From positions 92,132,001 through 92,196,000 of the forward strand of contig NC_043005.1 in NCBI RefSeq assembly GCF_006345805.1: DNA of 64,000 nucleotides, written 5' to 3'. The DNA is from Octopus sinensis (lineage: Eukaryota). Numbering within the stretch: position 1 is the first letter of the stretch; each line of letters begins with the position of its first letter. Positions 52,558 through 64,000 of the stretch are shown here, one piece after another. The notes below the pieces were generated by a model. The model made no database searches and was not told the origin of the DNA. It saw nothing but the letters and a program-made list of their open reading frames with translations. The position numbers and the translations under genes are program-made.

Positions 52558-52718
52558 GAGTTCACAAAGTTTAAGTGTTGCATGAAGGGTTTTCTGAAAG
52601 TTTTTGGCTTGGACAACAACAGCAATTTTAATCGAATTCAAGCAGGACCTGATATGAGGAACTTGTTATTTAACATGTGCTGACAAGTGTAACCATGGTA
52701 ATTGTACAATGTAATCAA

Positions 52719-52735
52719 ATATCAGCTGATATCAG
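52719..52735. promoter_or_regulatory. Palindromic E-box/GATA-like motif upstream of gene A
   Basis: ATATCAGCTGATATCAG; reads CTGATATCAGCTGAT in gene sense, identical to 61017-61031 upstream of gene B. Confidence 0.5.
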
Positions 52736-53297
52736 AATGATTTGAGATTTGTTGAACTCTAGGAACAAAGGAATTGTTGAACTTTGGAGCAAATGAATGA
52801 GTTCGCTGCTGGTAATCTGTTGGTTGCATGTGGGCTGCATTGTTTCTAGCAGCAATTTGTTAGAGAGAATGACAGTTTAGAAATCTCAAAACTACACAGC
52901 TGTATCATTAATTTAGACACAGTATGATAAAGGTGCATTTCAAATTATGAAAATATAGGCTTATAGCATCGGTTTTCTTCTCTTTTTTAAAACAATTTTA
53001 CTTTTTTTCTTTTTTTAATACCTCATGAATGGTTCTAGTTCTCTTAATGCCACCACTGGCAGAAGTTCGGATCAATGTCACACATTTCCTTCATCCTGTT
53101 CTATCTGTATTCATCAATTACAATGGCTTTCACATTTTCTCCATACGTGCTTAATCCTTAGAACAGATTTATACATCGTTATCATTCTTTCAGTTGCTGT
53201 GCTCTTAGCATATGTAATGAAATTACATTGTTCTTGTCACTCTCAGTATTACACTAAAAAAAACATGTCTGAAACAGCTGTAGGGAACCTCAGCTCA

Positions 53298-54677
53298 TTT
53301 GTGTTATTATTTATACTACACCACACTCAGAACCTTCCCTGTGTTGGATCTTGAACCAGAGTATACCCTTGTGTGATTTTACATATACATTGAGTGTATT
53401 TGGTCTATATGTGTAGATGTATGCGTAACTGGAAGGACAAATCTAGTAAGCATGTGAGTGTCCATACTCACTGTTGATACACAGGTATGTTGTTCTGGAC
53501 TCTACCTTTCTCAAACTATAGTTATCTTCTCATAAAATTATTGTGAAGGATGTCTTAAATAGTTCTAATAATTTAGTAACATGTAACAATTGTACATTGT
53601 AAAAGACATTTATTTCAAAGCATTATATATCATGGTTATGGTATTGAGTACACTATCAAAAAATTATGGGCTCGATTCCTAGGTCAGGGTAGCATATTGC
53701 ACCCTTGGATAAGGTACTTCATTTCATATTTCTCCAGTCTACTCAACTGAAAAGGAGCACCAGCTGGCTGCTGGCACAGCCATTTTCCCTCCATGTCTCC
53801 CATTTTCAGTTCCTGATATTCTATTCAGTCAAAGGTACTGGAGCTAAGAGGACACTTACATCTGCTTGTGACTACATAGCTAAAACAGATGACCAAAACA
53901 AAAGCTTGGCACATGCTACTGTGTCATACTTGCTTGCAAGTGACATCTATGGCTTTTAATATATATGCAGCATCGAGCGTGATCGTTACCAACGTTGCCT
54001 TACTGGCACCTGTGCCGGTGGCACGTGTAAAAAGATTCGAGCAAGGTCATTGCCAGTACTGCCTGACTGACCCCCATGCCGGTGGCACGTAAAAAGCACC
54101 CACTACACTCTCGGAGTGGTTGGCGTTAGGAAGGGCATCAAGCTGTAGAAACTCTGCCAGATCAAGATTGGAGCCTGGTGCAGCCATCTGGTTCGCCAGT
54201 CCTCAGTCAAAATCGTCCAACCCATGCTAGCATGGAAAGCGGATGATAAACGATGATGATGATGATGATGATGATGATGTAGCATCATCATTAAATGTAC
54301 ATGTTTCATTCTGACATGAGTTGGATGATTGGATAGGATTTGATGAGCCCAAAGACTGCATTGTTCTCCAGTGCCTGCTTTGGTTTGGTTTTTTTACAAC
54401 TGAACGACTTTCCTAACACCAGTCACTTTACATGTGTACTAAGCATATTTCCCATGCTACCTAGTGAGGTCCCCATGCAGTTTGTGTTATTATTTATACT
54501 ACACCACACTCAGAACCTTCCCTGCGTTGGATCTTGAACCAGAGTATACCCTTGTGTGATTTTACATATACATTGAGTGTATTTGGTCTATGCGTAACTG
54601 GAAGGACAAATCTAGTAAGCATGTGAGTGTCCATACTCACTGTTGATACACAGGTACGTTGTTCTGGACTCTACCTT
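53298..54677 (+). repeat. ~200-bp direct duplication (53298-53508 and 54481-54677)
   Basis: Near-identical copies with one 14-nt indel. Confidence 0.9.
53950..54280 (+). mobile_element. RTE 3'-end fragment
   Basis: Shared 3' terminus with (GAT)n tail; near-identical to 34520-34740. Confidence 0.9.
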
Positions 54678-54955
54678 GGTTCCTTATTATCAAAACATTT
54701 CGATTCTATTGGATTCTGCAAACAATTGTGTGAGTGTGTGTGCACCAACAATTAACACCAAGATGCACCCAAAACAGTGTGCAATGGATTTAGCCAAAAC
54801 ATGTGTCAGTCCAAGGAAAGAATGTTGCAAATAACTGTATAATAAAACATGGATGTGTAAATCTCCATTCTCTTGATCTTTATTAATTTTAAGGTGGCGC
54901 TCCAGCATAGCCGCAGTCAAACGGCTGAAACAAGTAATAGTATATAAAAGAATAT

Positions 54956-55130
54956 AGGTGCAGGCATGGGTGTGTGGTAAGTAGCTTGCTTACCAATCAC
55001 ATGGTTCTGGATTCTCATTGTACTGCATGGCACCTTAGGCAAGTGTCTCCTACTATAGCTTCAGGCTGACTAAAGCCTTGTGAGTGGATTTGGTAGATGG
55101 AAACCAAAATAGCCTGTCGTGTATATATAT
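54956..55130 (+). mobile_element. tRNA-derived SINE, third family
   Basis: ggcatgggtgtgtggtaagtagcttgctt...catggcaccttaggcaagtgtct; related copies at ~63907-64000 (+) and ~29015-29200 (-). Confidence 0.7.
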
Positions 55131-55200
55131 AGTTGAAATTTGCAGAAAGCAAGATGAAGACAGGTGTATAAACAGTTTGATGTTCGAGGAGGTGAGAAAG

Positions 55201-55238
55201 CCTTTTACGTTTCGAGCCTACGCTCTTCAGCAGAAAGG
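55201..55238 (-). ncRNA. Minimal type I hammerhead ribozyme-like motif (A6C variant)
   Basis: Minus strand: CCUUU-CUGCUGA-A-GAGC-GUAG-GCUC-GAAAC-GUA-AAAGG; 5-bp helix I, 4-bp helix II, ACGU palindromic helix III, GUA triplet. Confidence 0.7.
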
Positions 55239-55753
55239 AACACAAAGAAATAAACAGAGAGAATAAAAAGAAACATGTGGATTTAGCAGTCAAACATGGT
55301 GACTGGTTGGACAAAGGTAGTTGGACAGGAGAGCTAGGAAGAAGGGGAGATAATAAAGTACTGGTGATCACAAAACGTAAGTGCACGTGCGTGTGTGTAT
55401 GTGGGATGTGTATGTGCGTGTGGATAGGAGCTGGTGACTTTGACGTGTGAATATGTGCATGTGTAAGTGTGTGCGTCTCTAATGTGTGGGTGTGTGGATG
55501 ATAGTGTGGGTGCTGGGAAGTGGTCAGTACTAGCGTGTACGGAGTGGCATAGAGTGGTGTGATGTGGTGTGGTGGAGTGTGGTGTAGCGGTGTTGGGGTG
55601 TGATGATGTGAAGGTGGGGTAGGGGCTTAGGGTGAGGATATGGGGTGGGGGTGGGGTGAGGATGTGGGGTGGGGTGAGGATGTGGTGTGGGATGAGGATG
55701 TGGGCTTAAGGGGTGGGGTATGTGGGAGTGGGATGTACGGGGATGGGGTGTGG

Positions 55754-55784
<31 letters not shown>

Positions 55785-55839
55785 TATGAAAAATTCAAAT
55801 TCAAATTCAAACCCCGGACATGTTCAAATGTCTAATTTT

Positions 55840-56340
55840 TCTTCAAGGGTCAACTGCAAGCAACGATATCAACAAAATTAGAACAGGACCAAAAATTAAC
55901 TTCACAAGCAGCAGCAGAAGAATGCCAGAGAGTTATAAATCTAAAACATAACGCAAAATAAAATTGAATAAAAAGACTGCCTTCATATTCATCCAGTAAC
56001 GGATAAGAAAAAAGAGAAAAATATGTCAAGACTGAATCCATGCGGTGGTCTACATTTTAAAAGTAATTGTCTGTTTAAAAATATAAAATGCTTCGAGTGT
56101 GGTAAGATAGGTCATTAAAAAAATCACTAGATGAAAAGAAATTTCGAAAATGGCACGTGGTTTTCCAGGAAAAAAAATGCATTTTAAGGGTGAAATGTTA
56201 AGTGACATTACATTTGGTGGAAAAACTTTAAAAGCTAAAGTTTTTGTGTTGAATAATACATCAAATTTATTCGGAACAGACTGGATGGAATTATTTATCT
56301 TATGAGACCTCCCTACAAACCTTTTCTGTAAAATATTGGA
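55840..56340 (+). mobile_element. Gypsy-like gag/protease relic
   Basis: KCFECGKIGH (partial CCHC) followed by DITFGGKTLKAKVFVLNNTSNLFGTDWMELF (retropepsin-like C-terminus); stops and frameshifts. Confidence 0.55.
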
Positions 56341-56399
56341 CCAGCAAAAGGCCACAGTTATGCAGATGCAACTGGCAGAAGAGTGGACGTGGGTGCTTT

Positions 56400-58320
56400 G
56401 GAGTTTTGCGAGGTAAAGATAGAACCCAAAATGCTAAAAGAATGCGGCAAGTTACTGGGAAAAGAAGGCCATAATCTAAAATTGACGCCACCAGACAAAC
56501 TAACGGAGTATGGAAGAGAACACTGATATATTATACACTGAAAGTGTCATCACCAAAAATAGAAATAGCAACTATAGAAGATATTGAAAAGTGCCTAAAA
56601 GAAGTGAAAAAAATTCACCACTTTCATAAGAAAAGGAAGGAAGTATGGCACAGTGGAGGTGCGATTGGCAACCAATATGAAGTGATAAAGCACTCCACTG
56701 AAGCCATGACAGAAGAGTGAGTACATTTGGCAACATACTGGGCAAGCGTGTTCCCAGAGTGAGAGTGGGAAAAGTACCACCGGAATTAAATGAAACATGG
56801 TTAATTGCAGCAATTATGTTCAACATGGAGGAAGATGCATAAATACTGAGAGTGACAAGAACAATGTAATTTCATTACATATGCTAAGAGCACAGCAACT
56901 GAAAGAATGATAACGATGTATTAATCTGTTCTAAGGGTTAAGCTACCTACAGACACGTACAGAGAAAATGTGAAAGCCATTGTAATTGATGAATACAGAT
57001 AGAACAGGATGAAGGAAATGTGTGACATTGATCCGAACTTCTGCCAGTGGTGGCATTAAGAGAACTAGAACCATTCATGGGGTATTAAAAAAAGAAAAAA
57101 GTAAAATTGTTTTAAAAAAGAGAAGAAAACCGATGCTAATGGAGAAAAAAACAGGGGTATAAAAAGATTGTAAACTATGAGTAAATATGTTCAAATGCTA
57201 CTGCATAAGAGTGGAGCTCAATGCAGCAATTTCATCAATCATTTATTGGTGTGAGCGGTTGTGTTTTTGCTTTGCTGCAGTTTTTTTTAATGTAAAACCA
57301 CCATTGTTTGGTGGTAGTAAATAATTGTGAAGAATGAGAAGTCATGCAGAAGCTACTGGAGGTCAAGTACCCGTTGACCCATGTGTGTTGAAACAGGAGA
57401 TGTTGCAGTGAGAGTACAGTAATATGGTAAAGAAGGAGGGGTCAAATATAAAACTGACCCTGCCAGAGGAGGAAAAACTGAATATGGAAAAGAAGACAGT
57501 AATATTCAGAACATATTCAAATAAAAGCAGAATTGAAAACGCGCTGCAGGAAGAAATAGAAGATATTTTGGAAAGACATATAGGAGACAACATAGCGTTC
57601 TTTACGAGAGGAAAGAGATGTGCGTCTATAGTGGTATCCTTTGTATGAGAGGAAGAGACGGGAAAATCCTCCATGAGAATGATACAAGGAGAGAAATGGA
57701 CATTGTTGCAAAACTGTTTGGATAAACGAATTGTTAGAATTAGAGTGGGAAGAATCCCACTGTGGATAGAACCACAGTGGATAATAGTGGCGATTTTTTT
57801 CCAGAGATTAGGAGGGAAATGGCGAAGAGGTGAGGATGGGCATGATAAGCTGGACACAACAAGTGAAGTGTTGGGGCTACGGAATAGAGGTAATTTGTGC
57901 AATGAGCCAGAAATATTATGAAGGATTACATGAAAATTTAGAGCTATCAAATGAAGTAAAGCTGCAGATAATGTTGGAGGGGTGGCCCCAAAGTGTCTCG
58001 GATGTGGTGAAAGAGGGCACTTCAGAAAGAAATGCCCTAGAGCAGCAGTGGAAATCGTAGAGGTGAGTATTCAGGAGAATATAATGGTGGAGAAACAGCA
58101 GAATCAGGTAACAGAACAAGTTGGTGATTTTGTGGAAGTGAAATCAAGAAAAAGAGAGAGAAGGAGGTCACTAACGATAATGGAACAGAAAAATACAAAG
58201 CCATGGAAGAAGAAGTAGTCCAACCTACAACGAGAAGCAGGAAAAGTTCGCCAGTAGGATCACCAGTGAAAAATGCTACAGATAAGGATTCATTACCGAG
58301 CAAAAGCAAAGACTTGCAAG
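56400..58320 (+). mobile_element. Two diverged ORF1-like (Tx1/L1-type) relics with a CCHC zinc knuckle
   Basis: RVRVGKVPPELNETWLIAAIM (~56750) vs RIRVGRIPLWIEPQWIIVAIF (~57730); CLGCGERGHFRKKC at ~57994-58035. Clade assignment is inference. Confidence 0.5.
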
Positions 58321-58357
58321 TTCATAAACAGTCAGAACCACAGACACACAAACACAC

Positions 58358-59536
58358 ATAGTTTTTGTATGTGGCAGATGCTCAGGAGCAATAAACATTG
58401 AAAATGCGCAGAGACCAACTTCCGCCACATTCCAGGGAGAAAAACTAGAAACTGTTGATAGCTTCCATTACCTAGGTGACCAAGTCAGTAGTGGGGGTGG
58501 GTGTGATGAAAGTGTAACTGCTAGAGTAAGAATAGCTTGGGCAAAGTTCAGAGAGCTCTTACATCTGCTGGTGACAAAAGGCCTCTCGCTCAGAATAAAA
58601 GGCAGATTGTATGACGCATGCGTACAAACAGCCATGCTACATGGCAGTGAAACATGGGCCGTGACTGCTGAGGATATGCGTAAGCTCGCAAGAAATGAAG
58701 CCAGTATGCTCCGATGGATGTGTAATGTCAGTGTTCATACTCGACAGAGTCTAAGTACCTGGAGAGAAAAGTTGGACCTAAGAAGCATCAGTTGTGGTGT
58801 GCAAGAGAGACGTTTGCGCTAGTATGGTCATGTAGCGAGAATGGATGAAGATAGTTGTGTGAAAAAGTGCCACACCCTAGTGGTTGAGGGAACCTGTGGA
58901 AGAGGTAGACCCAGGGAAACCTGGGACGAGGTGGTGAAGCACAACCTTCGAACTTTAGGTCTCACCGAGGAAATGACCAGAGACCGAGACCTTTGGAAGT
59001 ATGCTGTGTGTGGACAAGTGAGACCATAACCCATGGCCTCTATCTGGGATGTAGCCAGTCCACTTATGCATACCATTCCTACTTGTGACACAAAACTCTA
59101 CTTGTGAAGACCTGTTGAGGCAAATGAAAATCGAAATCGATCAACATCAATGGAAATTGTAGCTGTGATACCAGTGCCGGTGGCACGTAAGAGAACCATC
59201 CAAACGTGGCTTTTGCCAGCGCCGCCCCGACTGGCCTCGTGCCGATGGCACGTAAAAAGCACCATCTGATCATGGCCGTTGCCAGCCTCATCTGGCCCCC
59301 ACGCCGGTGGCACGTAAAAAGCACTATCCGATTAGGGCCGTTTGCCAGCCTCATCTGGCACCTGTGCCGGTGACTCGTAAAAACCACCCACTACACTCAC
59401 AGAGTGGTTGGCATTAGGAAGGGCATCCAGCTGTAGAAACACTGCCAGATCAGACTGGGCCTGGCACAGCCTTCTGGCTTCCCTGACCCCAGTTGAACCG
59501 TCCAACCCATGCTAGCATGGAAAGCAGACATTAAAC

Positions 59537-59570
<34 letters not shown>
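58358..59570 (+). mobile_element. RTE LINE 3' fragment with UTR and (GAT)n tail
   Basis: RT C-terminus (ORFs 58571..58822, 58841..59029), UTR and tail. Confidence 0.93.
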
Positions 59571-59571
<1 letters not shown>

Positions 59572-59572
<1 letters not shown>

Positions 59573-60774
59573 TTCAGGATTGGAATATGTACTGATAGGA
59601 CACCATCTGTGATAGGCTCTATTAAAAGTTTTGTATCTCTCGTGCAACAGCAAAATCCTAATGTTATACGTACCCATTGCTTCCTACATAAGGAGGTACT
59701 AGTTTCAAAAGCAATACCAATTGAGTTAAAACAAGTATTAAACCAAGTTGTTGAAATGGTTAATTATATTAAAAGTAGGCCGTTGAAGTGTTGCTTATTT
59801 GAACAAATTTGTGTTGATATGGATTCCCAGCACAAGCGCTTACTTTTACATGCAAAAGTAGATGGCTCTCAAAAGGTAAGGTGCTACGTCGCATACATGA
59901 ACTCTAGAAGGAATTGCATGCATTTTTTAAAGTAGAAAAACCTGACCACTTCTTGGAATATCTGCAATGTGATTTTGGGGTTTCCAAGCTGGAATATTTA
60001 AGAGATATTTGCACAACTTAATAGCGTCAACAGAAGTATGAAAGGTAGAAAATATTTTACTTCAACAGATAAGCTGGTTTCATTTAAAAATAAAGTTGTA
60101 AAAGATACATAAAAGACATTACTCTTAGTGTATTTGAATATTTGACAAATCTGGGAAAAAATAATCTTTTATTTCCGTCATTGAACACAGAAGAGTATGA
60201 TTGGGTTTGAAATCCATTCATAAAAATTCCATCTAATATTGGTCTGAAACTATGCAAAGAAAAGGAATTGGCATCTATATCCAGTGATCATGGACTTAAA
60301 ATCAAGTATGCTGAGTTACCTATTGATACATTTTGGATTGCTATTATAGGAGAATACCCGTCAGTAGCAAAAAAGGCTTTATCCGTTTTGATGCAGTTTT
60401 CCACATCGTATGTATGTGAGTTGGAATTTTCAACCCTCAATAGCATCAAATCCTCCACCAAAAAATAAAAGAGAGAGAGGCTCCATTGCATCAAAGATGA
60501 AATGAGGGCTTGTCATTCTCAAATATGTCCCAATATTGAAAACGTTTCCAAAAAACATCAAGTGCATCTTTCTTATTGATAACTTTGCTTCATATATTTA
60601 ATAAAGAGTAAGTACATGCAATTTTTCTGTATATTTAATTATCTATTATATTACTTTACAGATCATGCTTTGCTAATATGTATAAAATCCCTTTTGAATA
60701 ATTTTTAGAATTTATGTACATATTGCACCAAAATATTTTGACTTCTTGTAAATAAAAAAGTTTGGGAACAACTG
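59572..60774 (+). mobile_element. hAT (Buster/Charlie-like) transposon relic, 3' part
   Basis: ICTDRTPSVIG, THCFLHKEVL, VNYIKSRPL, and hATC-like FWI...YPSVAKKALSVLMQFSTSYVCELEFS; Charlie-like 3' terminus aaaaagtttgggaacaactg. Confidence 0.85.
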
Positions 60775-61016
60775 ATTTAGATGTACTTACACCATTCGTC
60801 TACATTGCAAAATTTTCTTCATGATAAAACCCAGTGAATGGCTTATTTACAAATTCGAAGATGCCACAAGCTTGTTTGAACTAGTTATAACATTGTAGCT
60901 ACATTAGTGTTGAAGTGACATAGTTTGGGAGATTTCGAGATTGCATTTCTCAGAGTAATGTAACTTGTAGCTGATATGAGAGTAATTTAACTCATAGCTG
61001 ACAATGTGACTTCAAC

Positions 61017-61031
61017 CTGATATCAGCTGAT
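61017..61031. promoter_or_regulatory. Palindromic E-box/GATA-like motif upstream of gene B
   Basis: CTGATATCAGCTGAT, identical to the motif upstream of gene A. Confidence 0.5.
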
Positions 61032-61147
61032 TAAGAGTTTTAAATATTATTGCTCATTAACCTTTCTCCCCATGTCATATATTGTTTCAACAATATTGCT
61101 GTTAGTACCAACATTATAAATTTCAGAAAACAAACTTTTCTGTGATA

Positions 61148-61290
61148 ATGGATTATGAAGCAACTATCCAAAATATTGGAGGTTTTGGTTTCTACCAGAA
61201 GTCAGTTCTAGGACTTATAGGTTTGTTGTACATAGGAAGTGGTATGCAAACCCTATTAAATGTGCTTATACTTTATGTTCCAGATTTCAG
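61148..61290 (+). CDS. SLC22-family gene B, coding exon 1 (partial; remaining exons not found in window)
   Basis: 143 nt, same length and phase-2 donor (AG|gtatg) as gene A exon 1; MDYEATIQNIGGFGFYQKSVLGLIGLLYIGSGMQTLLNVLILYVPDF, 29/47 aa identical to gene A. Confidence 0.9.
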
Positions 61291-61539
61291 GTATGATTTT
61301 AGATTTTCACATATATGTTTGTGTGAATATATATATATAAATATATTTGAATAATGAGAGAGATGGAAGATGTGAGAATGTTTATTAATCACAACAATTT
61401 TTTCAACCTATCTAGCATCGATCCCTCATGGGTAGGATATCTCTCGGTGTAGATGTGTCTCTTCAGGTGATTACAAGATGTATCTCATTAAAATAACGAC
61501 TGTTCTGCAAGATATTACACACGCACACAAAACAATAAT

Positions 61540-62765
61540 TCACACACAAACCTACACACACACACTCAAAAACTTACACACAAACTCACATGCACATACA
61601 CACACACACAAACTCACATGCACATACACACACAAACTCTCTCACACACACAAACTCTCTCACACACAAACTCTCTCACACACACAAACTCTCTCTCTCA
61701 CACACACAAACTCTCTCTCTCACACACACAAACTCTCTCTCTCACACACACAAACTCTCTCTCTCACACACAAACTCACTCTCTCACACACACAAACTCT
61801 CTCTCTCACACACACAAACTCTCTCTCTCTCACACACAAACTCTCTCTCTCTCACACACAAACTCTCTCTCTCACACACACAAACTCTCTCTCTCACACA
61901 CACAAACTCTCTCTCTCTCACACAAACAAACTCTCTCTCTCTCACACACACAACTCTCTCTCTCACACACACAAACTCTCTCTCTCTCACACAAACTCTC
62001 TCTCACACACACACAAACTCTCTCTCTCTCACACACAAACTCTCTCTCTCACACACACAAACTCTCTCTCACACACACAAACTCTCTCTCTCACACACAT
62101 AAACTCACTCTCACACACACAAACTCTCTCTCTCACACACACAAACTCTCTCTCTCACACACACAAACTCACTCTCACACACACAAACTCTCTCTCTCAC
62201 ACACACAAACTCTCTCTCTCACACACACAAACTCTCTCTCTCACACAAACAAACTCTCTCTCTCACACACACAAACTCTCTCTCTCACACACACAAACTC
62301 TCTCTCTCACACACAAACTCTCTCTCACACACACAAACTCTCTCTCTCTCACACACAAACTCTCTCTCTCACACACACAAACTCTCTCTCTCACACACAC
62401 AAACTCTCTCTCACACACACAAACTCACTCTCACACACACAAACTCTCTCTCTCACACAAACAAACTCTCTCTCACACACACAAACTCTCTCTCTCACAC
62501 ACACAAACTCTCTCTCTCACACACACAAACTCACGCTCACACACACAAACTCTCTCTCTCACACACACAAACTCTCTCTCTCACACATACAAACTCTCTC
62601 TCTCACACACAAACTCTCTCTCACACACACAAACTCTCTCTCTCACACACACAAACTCTCTCTCTCACACACACAAACTCTCTCTCTCACAAACACAAAC
62701 TCTCTCTCTCACACACACAAACTGTCTCTCTCTCACACACAAACTCTTTCTCATGCACACACATA
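61540..62765. repeat. Compound minisatellite (CA)n-AA-(CT)n, unit ~18-24 bp
   Basis: Dozens of cacacacaaactctctctct units; source of the long HT/LS ORFs. Confidence 0.97.
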
Positions 62766-63818
62766 CAGAGTAAATAATATTTGCATTTGAAATTACTTTT
62801 TATTTTGATATTAATTAAACCTTGTCACTGTAATCACTTAAAATATGCAAATGCAATTACATTCACTTTTGCTGTATTTCTTGACATTATTGCATACTGT
62901 GAAGTGTCAAAGTTTAGGCAAACATTTACAATTGGTTCATTGACATATCCTCGTAGTCAGATCATAGATACACAGCACAACTTTTTGACATTCAGCCCTT
63001 TAGTATTTGAATAGAAAATACCCAGTCGAAACATTCTACCTGTTTTATGTTCAAAGATACAAAATTAATTCAAAACATGTGAAAGAACAAGCATTACTTT
63101 TGACAATGCCAAAGTGTCAACAGTGCTGTATTTTCCTGCCTACAAGTCAATAATATAAAGTGTACACATTCAAACATTATCTTTACCTTTCAAAATCCTG
63201 CTGCATTTCTCATGAAACTTTTGGTCCCCCTAGGTTGTCTTGGTGTATAAGTCAACCTACCTTTTTTGGTTGTAAAGTTTGGTCTGAAAATTTGACTTTT
63301 ATGCTAGAATATATGGCATACAAAAAGTGAATGTAATTGTACATAAGTGTTTTAAAATGACTGCCACGTTATTTCTGTGTCATGGTCTTAATTATAAATT
63401 TGTTTGGAAACTCAAAAATATTTTCCTTATTTCCTGTGTGCAAAAATCATTACTAACATGTATACTATAACTATTGATAATCATTGATTTCTAACATTTG
63501 TAGAAGACCTCAAATCTCAGCAATGGGTATAGGTGATTAAATATCAAAGCAGTATTTGACTAGTACTGCTACTTCTATTTTATTTTATAGACCCTGGAAG
63601 GATGAATGGTTAAGTTTATTCTAACATTATTTGATTTCAAAAATATGCAATGACTAACTAGATATTGTAAAGCATTTGGTCACATTTCTCTTTTTAGACA
63701 ATTTCACCTCCCTAATCTCGTGACTGAGTACTTTTTAATAACTAGAGAACAATATAATATAATACACTAAAAGAAACCATGGGAGTACATGTCATATCAA
63801 TCAATTTGAGTTCTGTAC

Positions 63819-63882
<64 letters not shown>

Positions 63883-64000
63883 CATGCTTCTGTTAATGTT
63901 ATTAAACGAGGCACAGGGATAGCTATTTTGTAAGAAGTTTGCTTCTCAACCACATGGTTCTGGGTTCAGCCCCACAGCATGGCACCTTAGGCAAGTGTCT

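Noticed and set aside
52558-52641. N-terminal extension of gene A from ORF 52411..52641
   Set aside because: The upstream start is not ATG, and paralogue B aligns from MDYEA.
61478-62790. Long ORFs (431, 390 aa) of HT/LS repeats
   Set aside because: Translations of the (CA)/(CT) minisatellite; no coding signal.
61291-64000. Exon 2 of gene B
   Set aside because: No in-phase Cys/WVYD-containing exon found; it is presumably beyond the window.

Overview
AT-rich, microsatellite- and transposon-dense animal genomic DNA. The repeat families suggest an octopus or other coleoid cephalopod (inference, not proven). I reconstructed by hand one complete 10-coding-exon SLC22-family (organic cation/anion transporter-like, MFS) gene on the minus strand (CDS 52557->22616, 1578 nt, 525 aa, all GT-AG junctions in phase). 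The first coding exon of a paralogue lies head-to-head with it on the plus strand (61148-61290). The rest is mostly mobile DNA: RTE-clade LINEs (one near-intact, with a PHD-like finger inside the RT region and tandemly amplified 3' UTRs), mariner, Tc1, hAT/Buster, Gypsy, Tx1/L1-like and RLE-type relics, tRNA-derived SINEs and MITEs. The most notable unexplained signals are (i) several minimal hammerhead-ribozyme-like motifs on the minus strand in Penelope-like remnants, (ii) a 15-nt double-palindrome shared upstream of both SLC22 paralogues, (iii) a higher-order satellite-like array growing inside a LINE 3' UTR, and (iv) an intact TIR/TSD MITE carrying telomere-like (CCCTAA)n repeats. One 100-N assembly gap is at 6047-6146.
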